Position numbers and translations under genes: made by a program. The notes under the pieces were generated by a model, which did no database searches, was not told where the DNA came from, and was given only the letters and a program-made list of their open reading frames with translations. DNA of 64,000 nucleotides from an uncultured delta proteobacterium (GTDB lineage Bacteria; Myxococcota_A; Polyangia; Polyangiales; B10-G4), in assembly GCA_963727445.1 (NCBI GenBank), contig CAVSGI010000010.1, positions 512,001 through 576,000 on the forward strand. The letters run 5' to 3'. Numbering within the stretch: position 1 is the stretch's first letter; each line of letters starts with the position of its first letter. Below are positions 53,170 to 63,150 of this stretch, one piece after another.

Positions 53170-54639
53170 TCACTCGAGGACGTTGCGGAGCAGCATCAGG
53201 CCAATCACCAGCGCAGCGCCGACGAACGGGGTGAGCAGGGCCAGCGCGATGAGGATCCGCTTTCGTCGCTGTTTCTGTGCAGCGAGCTGGGTACGTTCCA
53301 GCGCTCTCCGATCGAGCTCGACCTCTTTGCTGAAGCGAAGGGGACGCTGGCCGCTGGCGCTTGTCGTGTGCGTGGCCGAGTCGGTGTTGAGCCTCGGGCG
53401 GGTGGAGGGCAGGTTCTGAGGTGCGGGCTCGACTCGCTGGCGCGGGCCGGAGCTGGGCTGAGGCTCGGGAGACACCAGCGGGATGGGCATGGTCTTGACG
53501 GCATGAGCGGCGTTGCCACGCGGATCGATCCCTGCCGCGCGGAGCGAAGCGTCGGTGTCGGGGAGGTGTCCCTGCAACGTCGAGCCCGTCTGGGGGTCGG
53601 CGACGGGGGGGGGCGGGTAGGCCGGCGCCGCCATCGCGGCGTTTAGAGGCGCGTCGTTCCGCGGCGGAAGCTCGGTGCGCGCGGCCGAGCGGATCACACG
53701 ACGAATCGCGCTCAGCTCCTTCTCCGCCATCTCGAGGACCAGCGGCGCGAGGTCTTCGGCGTGGACTTTCGCCGCCTCCGGACACGCTTCGAGGAGCGCG
53801 TCGCGCACCTCGCGCGCCGTGTTGAAACGCTGGTCGGGGGAGGGCGCGAGGGCCTTCATGACCACGGCGTCGAGGGCGGGCGGCACCTGCCGGAAGACCC
53901 GCACCGGTGGGTGATCGGGCTCGCGGACCTTCGCGAAGAGCTCCGCCTGCGTGTCCGCGGTGACCAACCGCCGCCCGGCGAGCATCTCGTAGAGCAGCGC
54001 GCCGAGCGCGTAGACGTCCGTGCGCCGATCGACGCCGCGGCCCCAGACCTGCTCGGGCGCGAGATAAGCGATCTTGCCGCGCACCATCCCCTTCTGGGTG
54101 TAGACGGTCGCGTTTCTCGCCTTCGCGATCCCGAAATCGATCAGCTTCACGTGACCGGTGCGCCCGACGAGCACGTTGTGTGGGGTCGCGTCACGGTGGA
54201 CGATCTCCAGGGGTCGCCCCTGCCGGTCGGTGGTGCGATGGGCGGCGTGCAGACCTTCGGCGACCGCGCAGGCGATGTGCACCGCCAGCGGGACGGCCAT
54301 CTCGCGATTCGTCTTCCGCATGCGCTTGAGCACTCGGCTCAAGGACACACCGTCGAAGAGCTCCATCACGATGAAGTAGGTGTTGCCCTCCTGACCCAGA
54401 TCCTCGACATGGACCACGTTGGGATGGCGGATGAGCGCCGACAGCCGCGCCTCTTGAAGGAAGAGACGCACGAACTCGTCGTCGATGGAGAGCTCCTGGT
54501 GCACCACCTTGAGCACGACGTCCCGCGCGAAGCCCCCGGGACCATCCTTGCGCGCGACATACAGGCTGCCCATCCCGCCCTTGGTGAGGTGCGAGAGAAT
54601 CCGGTAGCTGCCGAGCTTGGCACCGGGCTGGAGCTGCAC
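53170..54639 (-). CDS. Ser/Thr protein kinase with C-terminal TM anchor
   Basis: GGMGSLY, VVLK, HRDATPHN, DFG, GKIAYLAPEQ. Confidence 0.9.
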   Translation of the reverse strand: MQLQPGAKLGSYRILSHLTKGGMGSLYVARKDGPGGFARDVVLKVVHQELSIDDEFVRLFLQEARLSALIRHPNVVHVEDLGQEGNTYFIVMELFDGVSLSRVLKRMRKTNREMAVPLAVHIACAVAEGLHAAHRTTDRQGRPLEIVHRDATPHNVLVGRTGHVKLIDFGIAKARNATVYTQKGMVRGKIAYLAPEQVWGRGVDRRTDVYALGALLYEMLAGRRLVTADTQAELFAKVREPDHPPVRVFRQVPPALDAVVMKALAPSPDQRFNTAREVRDALLEACPEAAKVHAEDLAPLVLEMAEKELSAIRRVIRSAARTELPPRNDAPLNAAMAAPAYPPPPVADPQTGSTLQGHLPDTDASLRAAGIDPRGNAAHAVKTMPIPLVSPEPQPSSGPRQRVEPAPQNLPSTRPRLNTDSATHTTSASGQRPLRFSKEVELDRRALERTQLAAQKQRRKRILIALALLTPFVGAALVIGLMLLRNVLE

Positions 54640-54719
54640 CCATCCATGGTACCGAAAAGGCCCGCGCTTCGCGGAAATCCGCCGGAAAGTCGTGGAAACG
54701 GCGCGCCCGCGCGCATGGG

Positions 54720-55250
54720 TTGGCAGTGCTGGAGGAATCGGTCATGCTTCCCACGCCTCGGCTCCGGTCCCCCTCCGGAAGTAGTCACTCTCCGTTCGTG
54801 TGGAGGAGCAACGCCTTGGAGCAACCAACCAATCATCACGGTCGAGGAAAGTCCGCCGGCGACACCGATCGTCAGTGGCAGCTGGGCCCGGAGGGGGCGC
54901 GCCGCGTGCTCGCCCGCACCAGCCAGACCGGGACCACCCAGCCCCTCAGCCAGCTGAGCGCCGGGCTCGCCGATCGCGTGCTTTCGCGGGCGCGGGCCGC
55001 CCGGCCGTCTCCACGGGTCGAAGACCTGCCGAAGGTCATGGTGGATCCCAGCCTCGCAGCCGACCTGGACCCGATGGTCGCGGTGGCGCCGCCAGCGCCG
55101 CAGAAGATCGAGCCCAGGCGCCCCCGGGGCTGGATGTTCGCGCCCGAAAACGGCGGCCGACCGAGCATCGTCGACGACGACGAGCTTCGCGCCGCGACCG
55201 CACGTCCCTTCGCGGGGCTCTTCCTTTGGATGCGCCGGCTCTTCAGCTGA
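54720..55250 (+). CDS. Hypothetical protein, start uncertain
   Basis: Only plausible ORF in the gap; 3' half has host-like codon usage. Confidence 0.4.
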   Translation: MAVLEESVMLPTPRLRSPSGSSHSPFVWRSNALEQPTNHHGRGKSAGDTDRQWQLGPEGARRVLARTSQTGTTQPLSQLSAGLADRVLSRARAARPSPRVEDLPKVMVDPSLAADLDPMVAVAPPAPQKIEPRRPRGWMFAPENGGRPSIVDDDELRAATARPFAGLFLWMRRLFS

Positions 55251-56217
55251 GCGCCGACGCGAAGCTTCGAACCACCTCTTCCACGGGCTCGATGGTGTCG
55301 ATGGTCTCGACGCTCCTGCCCGCCTGGAAGTAATCCTTGTAGCTCGCTCCCTTCAGGGAGGCGCTCTTGAGCTGAAGCAGGCTCCGGAGCGAGTAGAACG
55401 AACGCATCCAGTGCTTTGCGCGCGGATGGCGCAAGAGGCGCCGCGCGATAGGGCCGGCCTTCACCCCGACCGCCTCGATGTACGGCGTCTTGATCACCGC
55501 CACCGGGACGCCGCTGATGCGATCCGTCAGCACGATGTCCTTCGCCTTGGCCTCGACGATCGCCCGCTTGTAATCGTCGTGGGCGCGGCACTCGCGGGTG
55601 GCGATGAAGCGGGTGCCCATCTGCACGCCCGCGTAACCGAGCGCGAGGGCGTCGGCGAAGGCCCCTGGGCTCCCGACCCCGCCCGCGCACACCAGCGGGA
55701 CGCCGAGATCGGAGAGCTCTTCGAAGAGGACGGCGGCGCTCCTCGAGCCGGCGTGGCCGCCGGCCGCGTCGTTGACGCAGATGAGGCCGTCGACGTCGTA
55801 TTCGAGCGCACGCTCTGCCCATTTGCGCTCGGTCACGTCGTGGTAGACGACGCCACCCACGGCGTGGACCTTCTGCACCACCCAGTCGGGCTTGCCGAGG
55901 GCGGTCACGAAGAAGCGCACGCCCTCCTCGAGGGCGATGTCCACCCAGCGGCGCATGCGATCGAGGTAGACCTTCGAGGACTGCTCGACGATGGCGTTGA
56001 ACCCGATGGGCTTGTCGGTGAGCGCGCGGATCTGGCGGAGGCCCGCGCGGAGATCCCGCCCGTGGCCGTGCACGTAGGTGAGCGAGATCGGCTGCACCAC
56101 GCCGATGGCGCCCGCCTCCGACGCGGCCGCCACCAGCTCGGGATTCGAGCAGGGATACATCGCCCCGCAGATGAGGGGCACCTCGATGCCGAGGGCTCGG
56201 GTCAGGGGTGTTTCCAT
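55243..56217 (-). CDS. Nitronate monooxygenase / FabK-like flavin oxidoreductase
   Basis: PLICGAM, AGGHAG, PLVCAGGV, GVQMGTRFIATRE. Confidence 0.85.
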   Translation of the reverse strand: METPLTRALGIEVPLICGAMYPCSNPELVAAASEAGAIGVVQPISLTYVHGHGRDLRAGLRQIRALTDKPIGFNAIVEQSSKVYLDRMRRWVDIALEEGVRFFVTALGKPDWVVQKVHAVGGVVYHDVTERKWAERALEYDVDGLICVNDAAGGHAGSRSAAVLFEELSDLGVPLVCAGGVGSPGAFADALALGYAGVQMGTRFIATRECRAHDDYKRAIVEAKAKDIVLTDRISGVPVAVIKTPYIEAVGVKAGPIARRLLRHPRAKHWMRSFYSLRSLLQLKSASLKGASYKDYFQAGRSVETIDTIEPVEEVVRSFASALS

Positions 56218-56218
56218 C

Positions 56219-58093
56219 TCAGCTCCTGATGTGCGCGATCACGTCGGCCATCACCGCGTCGTCGTCGTCGAAGCCGCCGTGGGTCGTCACCTGCGCGAGG
56301 GGGCCGGGGAGGGCGGCGTGGGTGATGCGTTCGCGGGCGGCGCGCGGCAGCCCGGCGAGCATCGGGGTGAAGGACTCCTCGAGGCCGAGGATCGGGGTGG
56401 TGATGCCGCGCTCGAAGGAGCGCGAGACCAGGTACAGGAGCGAGCGGCCGTAGCCGAGGATCGGCCGGCAGGTCGGGTCCCGCGCTTCCGCCGCCTTCGA
56501 CAAATGGAGCTGCCGGTAGCGCTTCACCGCGCCGCTCTCGAGGTGTGGCACCACGCACTCCTCGAAGAGGTCGACGCGCGCCGCGGGCGCCATGAAAGAG
56601 ACGCTCTCGAAACGCAGCCCGACGCCCACCAGGCGGTCGAGGAGGTGCGCGTGCAGGATCGAGCCCGCCGAATGACCGATGAGGTGCAGGCGCACGTCCG
56701 CTGGATCGACCACGCCCCGGCTCGCCTCGTAGAGGAGCACGCCGCCGGCAGTGTCGTGCGCGCTGATCAGATCGGCGTTCTCCTTCATCTCTGCCCACAC
56801 GCGGGTCCCGGGCCCGGCCAAGAGCCCCTCGATGCGCCGGTTCAAGAAGCGCTGGATCTGATCGCGGAGGCCCGCGGTGGGCCGTCGGACGCCGAAGGCG
56901 TCGGCGAGGGTGTCGGCGATCTCGTTCTTCAGCGTCGAGAAGAGATCCGTCTCCCACATGAAGAAGATGGGGAAGACCCCCGCGTCGTAGAGCCCCGGGA
57001 TCCACTTCGCGGCCGTCTTCGCCGCGTCTTTTTCGCCGACCAGCCCGCCGTGGGCGTAGAGGGCGATGTCGATCGGCCCCTTCCCGATCTTCTTCCGCTT
57101 CTTCTTCACGAAGGCCGGCAGCGACACCCGCCAGATGGCGTCGAGGTCCGCCCTCGTCGTGCGGAACCGTCCGCTTCGCGACAGTCGCCCGTCGTTCTGC
57201 ACGTCGACGATGAGCGGGGTGAGCTCCTTGTTGCGCAGCTCTTCGGTGGGCGCGAGGGTGACGTGCCCCTCGTGGTCCGTTCGAAGGGTGCGCGCGCTCG
57301 CCACGGCGCGGTGCTGCTCGGTGACGACGCCCAGCTGCACCACCCAGCAGTCCATGGCGCTCTCGAGCCAGTCTTCGTAGCGCAGGCGCGCGAAGCCGTC
57401 GTCGCCCCAGCCCCGGCCCCAGGAGTTCAAGACGAAGAAGCCGGCCGCGTCGTAGCCGACGATCACGAAGGCGTGACCGGGGTCGTCGTCGCTCGCGGGA
57501 TGGATCGGGATCGTCCAGTCCGCGCGCGCCTTCTTCTTCAGGGTGAAGCCCGTGTCCCAGCCCGTGTGGCAGACGGCGCTCGCGTAGAGCACCCCCACCT
57601 CGTTCAGCGCCACCTGCATGTCGGTGACCGATCGCGAGTCGACGCGGTAGTACGCCCCGAGGGGACGGTTCGCCGCGTCCTGCCACCAGTCGGGCCCATG
57701 CGTGGGCGTCGCGGGCTTCTCGAACGTCTCCCAGAGCGACTCGGCACAGACGCCGTGGCGAAACCACCCTTTGAGCGCCGCGCGCACAGACGAACCGGTG
57801 TCCTCGTCCTGGGGGGCGTCGATGTCGTCGTAGCGACGCGCCATCGAATACATCATGAACGCCGAGACCGGCGTCTCCTCGTCCCGCCCGGCCTCTTGGA
57901 GGAGAAAATCGACGACGGTCGCCAGGGCGAATCCGGTGCACGCGCCTGTCTCCCCCTGGTCCCGGTCCGGGATCCACCGGTTCTCCCACGAGAAGAGAAA
58001 GCTCGGCGGACAGATCGAGACCTCCGGCTGGTAGGGGCGATCGCGGACGTCCAACCGGTCCGGGACCACGTTCAGCTTGCGCGCTCTGCTCAT
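56219..58093 (-). CDS. Papain-like (C1) cysteine peptidase fused to alpha/beta-hydrolase-like domain
   Basis: DQGETGACTGFA, GHAFVIVGY, NSWGRGWG; then YAHGGL, LIGHSAG, THGGFD. Confidence 0.8.
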   Translation of the reverse strand: MSRARKLNVVPDRLDVRDRPYQPEVSICPPSFLFSWENRWIPDRDQGETGACTGFALATVVDFLLQEAGRDEETPVSAFMMYSMARRYDDIDAPQDEDTGSSVRAALKGWFRHGVCAESLWETFEKPATPTHGPDWWQDAANRPLGAYYRVDSRSVTDMQVALNEVGVLYASAVCHTGWDTGFTLKKKARADWTIPIHPASDDDPGHAFVIVGYDAAGFFVLNSWGRGWGDDGFARLRYEDWLESAMDCWVVQLGVVTEQHRAVASARTLRTDHEGHVTLAPTEELRNKELTPLIVDVQNDGRLSRSGRFRTTRADLDAIWRVSLPAFVKKKRKKIGKGPIDIALYAHGGLVGEKDAAKTAAKWIPGLYDAGVFPIFFMWETDLFSTLKNEIADTLADAFGVRRPTAGLRDQIQRFLNRRIEGLLAGPGTRVWAEMKENADLISAHDTAGGVLLYEASRGVVDPADVRLHLIGHSAGSILHAHLLDRLVGVGLRFESVSFMAPAARVDLFEECVVPHLESGAVKRYRQLHLSKAAEARDPTCRPILGYGRSLLYLVSRSFERGITTPILGLEESFTPMLAGLPRAARERITHAALPGPLAQVTTHGGFDDDDAVMADVIAHIRS

Positions 58094-58199
58094 CGTTCCC
58101 CCTTCGACAATCCCGCGGAGAATGCCGAATCACCCCCCGAAGGCCAGTGAAATTGCGGAGGAGTTGATCCTCTGACTCAGCGCGTTACCCTTCCCCCGG

Positions 58200-59681
58200 A
58201 TGAAGCGCGACCGACAGCGGAGACTCACGTCTCGTCTGCTGCTCGTGACGGTCGTCGGGGTATCTTTCGGAGCCTTGGCCTTCGCGGGCGCGCAGGAGCC
58301 CGCAGCCTTGCCCGCTGCGCCGACCTCCAGAGCAGTGGCGGCGCCGGCCACCGCGACCGCGGTGCAGAGCCAGCAGCCCCCCGAGTGGGTGCACGCGCCG
58401 ATCTTCGACGGGACGAGCGAGCCCGCGGCGGGCTTCGACATGTACGCGCTCGCCCGCTACCACAACTCGCCGGTCTTCGCGACCGTGCGGGCGAACCCCT
58501 TCGGCCTCGGCATCGCCCGCCGCGGCGCCCAGCTTCGCGCGCGCTACGTCGGTGAAGGCCCGGGTTGCGAAGGCGGGCGCTGGTACGCGCTCGAAGCCGG
58601 CGGCGTCGTCTGCTCGACTCAGGGCTTCCGCGTGCGGAGCGAGGAGCAGGAGCTCGCCGGGGACGAAGGCGCTCCACCCGATCTCTCCGCGCTCCTGCCC
58701 TACCGCTACGGGCGCGTGACCACCCGCGACACCTATCGTTTCGAGGAGCTTCCCTCGCAGGCGGATCTCGATCGGCTGGCCGAGGGGCGGAATCTTCCCG
58801 GGCTCGCAGAGAAGCTCGACGGCGACTACTTCGTCACCATCGACGGCGAGGTGGAGCACGAGGGGCGACGCTACGTCCGCACAGTCTCCGGTCGCTACGT
58901 GCTGGCCGAGCACGTGGGTCCCACCGCCTCCACCAACCTCCACGGTGAGCTCTTCGCCGAAGATCAGTCCCTCCCCATCGCCTTCGTCATCGACGAGGAG
59001 GTGCCCCGCTACCGCGTGTCGAACGATGCGCTGCGCGAGGACGGCACCGCGGACAAGTACAGCCGCTTCGTGCCGACGAGCATCGTCCACCGCGGCGACA
59101 CCACCTGCGTCCTCGGTGAGGATGGGTTCTGCATTCCCCGGGAGTCGGTGCGCGTCGCCTGGCAGATCGATCGCCCCGAAGACGTGCCCGAGGGTGAGAA
59201 GTGGGTGCACGTGAACCTGCCGGAGCAGACCCTGGTCGCTTACGAGGGAGACCGCCCGGTCTTCGCCACCGTGATCACCAGCGGCAAAGAGGGCTACGAA
59301 ACGCCCACTGGCACCTACCGCGTCGCGCACAAGTACGTGTCGATCCGGATGAGCGGCGAGACTCCCGTGGAGGGCGTCTACGACGTCGACGAGGTCCCGT
59401 GGACTCAGTACTACTACCGCAGTTACGCGCTTCACGGCGCCTACTGGCACGACGGCTTCGGCCGCGTTCGAAGCCACGGCTGCACCAACATCGCCCCCGC
59501 CGATGCCCGCTGGCTCTACCGCTGGACGACGCCGGTGGTGCCCGACGGATGGCACGGCCGCCGGGAAGAGGGCACCTGGGTGCACAACACCGAGCTCGAC
59601 AGCCCGCCGCTGGGTGAGCTCGGCGGTAGCGCCGAGGCGTCGGCCGAACAAGCTGCTCCGGCCGAGTCTTCAGACTCCTGA
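58200..59681 (+). CDS. L,D-transpeptidase (YkuD domain) family protein
   Basis: VHVNLPEQTL, TPTG, ALHGAYW, SHGCTN. Confidence 0.9.
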   Translation: MKRDRQRRLTSRLLLVTVVGVSFGALAFAGAQEPAALPAAPTSRAVAAPATATAVQSQQPPEWVHAPIFDGTSEPAAGFDMYALARYHNSPVFATVRANPFGLGIARRGAQLRARYVGEGPGCEGGRWYALEAGGVVCSTQGFRVRSEEQELAGDEGAPPDLSALLPYRYGRVTTRDTYRFEELPSQADLDRLAEGRNLPGLAEKLDGDYFVTIDGEVEHEGRRYVRTVSGRYVLAEHVGPTASTNLHGELFAEDQSLPIAFVIDEEVPRYRVSNDALREDGTADKYSRFVPTSIVHRGDTTCVLGEDGFCIPRESVRVAWQIDRPEDVPEGEKWVHVNLPEQTLVAYEGDRPVFATVITSGKEGYETPTGTYRVAHKYVSIRMSGETPVEGVYDVDEVPWTQYYYRSYALHGAYWHDGFGRVRSHGCTNIAPADARWLYRWTTPVVPDGWHGRREEGTWVHNTELDSPPLGELGGSAEASAEQAAPAESSDS

Positions 59682-60638
59682 GGGCATCTGGTGGGTGACG
59701 TAGGTCGGCACCGGCCAATCCACCGGATGGCTCGGCGCATAGCCCAGCACCTCTTCGGCGCGTGAGCCGTCGAGCACGCCGCTGAAGTGAAAGCGGTAGC
59801 GGTTGGTGCTGTAGCGGAACTCGAAGCCGCGGGTGATCGAGCGCAGCGAATAGAGCGGACCGAGCACCGGGCCGGGGAGCGCGAGCTCCCGTTTGCCGAA
59901 AGCGGCGATGGCGGCGGAGAGGGGCAGCACGTCCTTGCCGGGGATGTTGAAGATGCCGAGCGCGTCGCTACGGAGGGCGAGCAGCTGCGCTTCGACCACG
60001 TCGTCGATGCTCAAGACGTTGAGCATGGGGTCGAATCCGAGCGGGCGCAGGCAGACGCGCGACGACAGATAGTCGTGGAGCTGGCTCCCGCAATGCGGCG
60101 CGAAGATCTCCGCACACCTGAGGACCACGATGGACATGGGGCTCATCCCCATGCGCGAGCAGACCATCAGGTCCGCCTCCACGCGGTCGCGGACGCCCTG
60201 AGGGAGCCACGAGCCGAGCTCGAGGGGGTGATCTTCGCCGATGAGCTGCGGCAGCTCGGGCGCGATGCGGTAGACGTCCGAATAGCTCCGGTACACGAAG
60301 CGCTCGATCGTGGGGTGACGCTCGGCGAGGTGGAGCATTTCCCGGGTGCTCTCCACGTTGAGGTCGTGGATCCTCCGGCCCCGGTCCGTCGCCTTTCGAT
60401 GGAGGGCCGAGTGGACGACGGCCGTCACGCCCAGATCCCGCGCTTCGCCGAAGAGGAGCTCGCGGACACGCCGAGCGCGGGTCAGGTCGACGCGGTGGTA
60501 GTGCAGGCTGTCGTGAGGCGCGAAGGGCCACGCCTCCTCTGCCGCGACGGCGAGCACGGTGCGGCCCTCGGCGAGCAGTCTCTGGACGAGCGCTCGCCCG
60601 GCGGGCGTGGTGGCGCCGCTGACGAGCACCGCGGTCAC
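59670..60638 (-). CDS. NAD-dependent epimerase/dehydratase-like protein (atypical SDR)
   Basis: VLVSGA, VVHSA, NVEST, IDDVVEA, FNI; canonical GxxGxxG and YxxxK degenerate. Confidence 0.7.
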   Translation of the reverse strand: MTAVLVSGATTPAGRALVQRLLAEGRTVLAVAAEEAWPFAPHDSLHYHRVDLTRARRVRELLFGEARDLGVTAVVHSALHRKATDRGRRIHDLNVESTREMLHLAERHPTIERFVYRSYSDVYRIAPELPQLIGEDHPLELGSWLPQGVRDRVEADLMVCSRMGMSPMSIVVLRCAEIFAPHCGSQLHDYLSSRVCLRPLGFDPMLNVLSIDDVVEAQLLALRSDALGIFNIPGKDVLPLSAAIAAFGKRELALPGPVLGPLYSLRSITRGFEFRYSTNRYRFHFSGVLDGSRAEEVLGYAPSHPVDWPVPTYVTHQMPSGV

Positions 60639-61477
60639 CAGAACACCGCCGGCCGTTCTTGGAGGCCTCGGTCGATCATCGCCTGCACCGTCTTCTGGAC
60701 CCGGTCGGCGGCCGCGCGACAGACGTCCGGGTTGTCGGCGTCGCTGGGCGCGTGACGGTCGTGCAGGTGGATGGGCTCACCATAGTGGATTCGGTAGCGC
60801 ACGGGGAGCGGCACCGGCGACGCGGGCACGGGCACGAAGGGAGCACCGAAGGGGTGGATGTCGAGGCGCGCGAGCTGCACGAACTGCTCTTCGGCGCCGA
60901 TGATCGCGACGGGGATGATCGGCGCGCGGTGTCGAATTGCGAGCTCGGCGTGACCCACGCGAAATGGCGTCAGCTGATAGCGGTCTTTGAAGGGCTTCGA
61001 GATGCCCGGGATGCCTTCCGGGAAGATGCCGAGGAGCTCTCCGTCCGACAGGAGGCGTCTCACCGTGCCGCGTGCGCCGCTCACTCCGCCGCCGCGCGCG
61101 AAGAGGCTGCTCACGAAGGGAAGCTTGGGGACGAAGGTGTCCATCACGATCCGCGGCACGCGCGGGGGGTAGGTCTTCTGGACGACGTCCAGATAGAGCA
61201 TGAGGGCGTCGATGGGGATCATCCCCGAGTGGTTGGCGCAGAGGATCGCCGCGCCCGTCTGAGGCACGTTCTCGATCCCGCGTGACTCCACCCGGAAGTA
61301 TTTCGAGTAGGCGCCCTCGAGGAGGCCGACCGCCATCCGCACCCAGTCGGGGTGCATTCCCAGGCGGTCGTACCCATGGCCGGCGTCCTGGTAGGAGATG
61401 TGTTTGAGACGTTGGTTCGTCTCACGCGGCAGGAGCAGCCGGGCCAGCGCGCGTGGAATGGTGGGCGGTGCGATCAT
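60635..61477 (-). CDS. Lysophospholipid acyltransferase (PlsC-like)
   Basis: ANHSGMIPID (HxxxxxD-type), FPEG, PIIPVAIIG. Confidence 0.85.
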   Translation of the reverse strand: MIAPPTIPRALARLLLPRETNQRLKHISYQDAGHGYDRLGMHPDWVRMAVGLLEGAYSKYFRVESRGIENVPQTGAAILCANHSGMIPIDALMLYLDVVQKTYPPRVPRIVMDTFVPKLPFVSSLFARGGGVSGARGTVRRLLSDGELLGIFPEGIPGISKPFKDRYQLTPFRVGHAELAIRHRAPIIPVAIIGAEEQFVQLARLDIHPFGAPFVPVPASPVPLPVRYRIHYGEPIHLHDRHAPSDADNPDVCRAAADRVQKTVQAMIDRGLQERPAVFW

Positions 61478-61513
61478 CGCTTCCCCGTCAGGTGTGCACC
61501 GTCAGGCGCGGGG

Positions 61514-62284
61514 CTACCCACGACGAAACCCCATCGCGTAACCGCCCCACACCTTCGCGGCGGGCTCGCGCTGGCGCCTCGAAAAGCCCCCACCGTCCTT
61601 TTCCACCCAGAGCGTGACGTCCCCGAAGCCGGCGGCCTCCATCGCCGCCGCCGTCTCTCGGAAGTCCCTCACCCGAAAACGGTACGTGAAGGCCTCGCGG
61701 AGCTCCCGTCCGTCCTCGAGACGGAAGTGGATGAAGGCCTCGAGCGTTCGGAGCGCGTCATCGTACCGGCGCTGCTCCCATAGATAGGTGAACCCTCGTT
61801 GCGGGTGCGTGTGGAGGAGAGGGCGCCGAAGGTCCGCGCCCCCGAAGAGCTCGAGGGCGAGGAGTCCGTCGTCTTCGAGGCAGGCGTGCGCGGCCTGAAG
61901 GTAGTCCAGGAGGGCCTCGTCGTCGAAGAGAGCCCAGCTGTAGTTGCCGGCGGTGATCACGTCGAAGGTGCGGGCCGTGCGCTCGCGTGCGTCGGCGCAC
62001 AGGAGCGTGAAGCGCGCAGCTTCGTCTTCGTCGAGGGGCGCGCGGTTCATCGCCTCGGCCGCGGCCAGGATCTGGGGATCGCTGTCCACCCCGAAGGCGA
62101 CGCGATCGGCGTCACTCTCGACCCAGTGACGACACAGGAGCGCCGTGCCGCAGAAGTCCTCCCGGAGGCTCATCGCCTCGCGGCCGCCGTCGGCGCGGAA
62201 GATGCGCTCGAAGAGCGCGATCTCGATCTCGGGCGTCTGCACCGCCGCCTCGTAGAGCCGGTGTCGCTCGAAGGCATCGCTCAT
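61514..62284 (-). CDS. Class I SAM-dependent methyltransferase
   Basis: LYEAAVQ, LREDFCGTA, GVDSD, FTYLWEQ; ATGA overlap with upstream gene. Confidence 0.75.
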   Translation of the reverse strand: MSDAFERHRLYEAAVQTPEIEIALFERIFRADGGREAMSLREDFCGTALLCRHWVESDADRVAFGVDSDPQILAAAEAMNRAPLDEDEAARFTLLCADARERTARTFDVITAGNYSWALFDDEALLDYLQAAHACLEDDGLLALELFGGADLRRPLLHTHPQRGFTYLWEQRRYDDALRTLEAFIHFRLEDGRELREAFTYRFRVRDFRETAAAMEAAGFGDVTLWVEKDGGGFSRRQREPAAKVWGGYAMGFRRG

Positions 62285-63138
62285 CTCGCGGGCCCTGCCC
62301 AGACGAAGAGATCGGACCAGGCAGACGTCTCTCGCAAGAGGCTCTCGAGCCAGGAGAGCGGGACGCTGAGGGCTTTCGCGGTCTCTGCCAGGCGCGGGAA
62401 GAGCGCGCGGCCCAACGGATAGCGATGAAGGCGCGGCTTTCGCGTGACCTCGGAGAGGCCCGCGGCGGAGAGCATCTCCATTGCGGCCCCGTGATCGAAG
62501 CTCCACGCCGCGTGATCGGCGTAGAGCAGATAGCTCTCCCGATCCCGCCGCAGCATCGAAAGGGCGAAGGCCACGAAAGGCGCGGCGTCGCCCGCGCTGC
62601 GGAAGGGATCGGTGACGACCGCGGCGGCGCGATGGACCAGCGCTTCGGGGACGCGATCCTCGAAGAAGTCTGCGCGATGGGTCGTGAGCGCGACGCCGCG
62701 CCGCGCTGCGGCTCCAGCGAGGAAGTCGAGGACCCGCGCGTCCAGATCGATGGCGTGCACCCCGTCGAGGCCGAGGAGCGCGAGGGCCAGCGACACGCCG
62801 TCGTCGTCGCCGAGCGCCACCACCGGGCCGGGCGCGCGCGCCACGTAGGCCGCCACCACCGTCGCGCGCCGCGCCACCGACGCGGGATCGATCAAGAGCT
62901 GCCCGAGCGACGGATCGGGGGCAGGGCGATCCGCGAGCAGCGCTTCGAGCTCGCGCGTGAGAGACGACGGCGCCGCTGCGCTCGCCTGCGCCTGCGCCTC
63001 CTCGTCGCGCAGCGTCTCTCGCGCCATCTCGATCAGCCAGTAGCCGAGCCAGCGCGGATCCTCGATCTCCGCGTCCTCGCCGGGATCGGGGGCGTCGAGC
63101 GCGGGCGCATCTTCGAGCAGCGCGGCGAGGCGGGACAA
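62281..63138 (-). CDS. BpsA/DUF43-like aminopropyltransferase (branched-chain polyamine synthase family)
   Basis: LGQ, ALGDDDGVSLAL, IDLDARVL, VTDP motifs of the DUF43 fold. Confidence 0.65.
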   Translation of the reverse strand: MSRLAALLEDAPALDAPDPGEDAEIEDPRWLGYWLIEMARETLRDEEAQAQASAAAPSSLTRELEALLADRPAPDPSLGQLLIDPASVARRATVVAAYVARAPGPVVALGDDDGVSLALALLGLDGVHAIDLDARVLDFLAGAAARRGVALTTHRADFFEDRVPEALVHRAAAVVTDPFRSAGDAAPFVAFALSMLRRDRESYLLYADHAAWSFDHGAAMEMLSAAGLSEVTRKPRLHRYPLGRALFPRLAETAKALSVPLSWLESLLRETSAWSDLFVWAGPAR

Positions 63139-63150
63139 GTCGCCTCTAAT

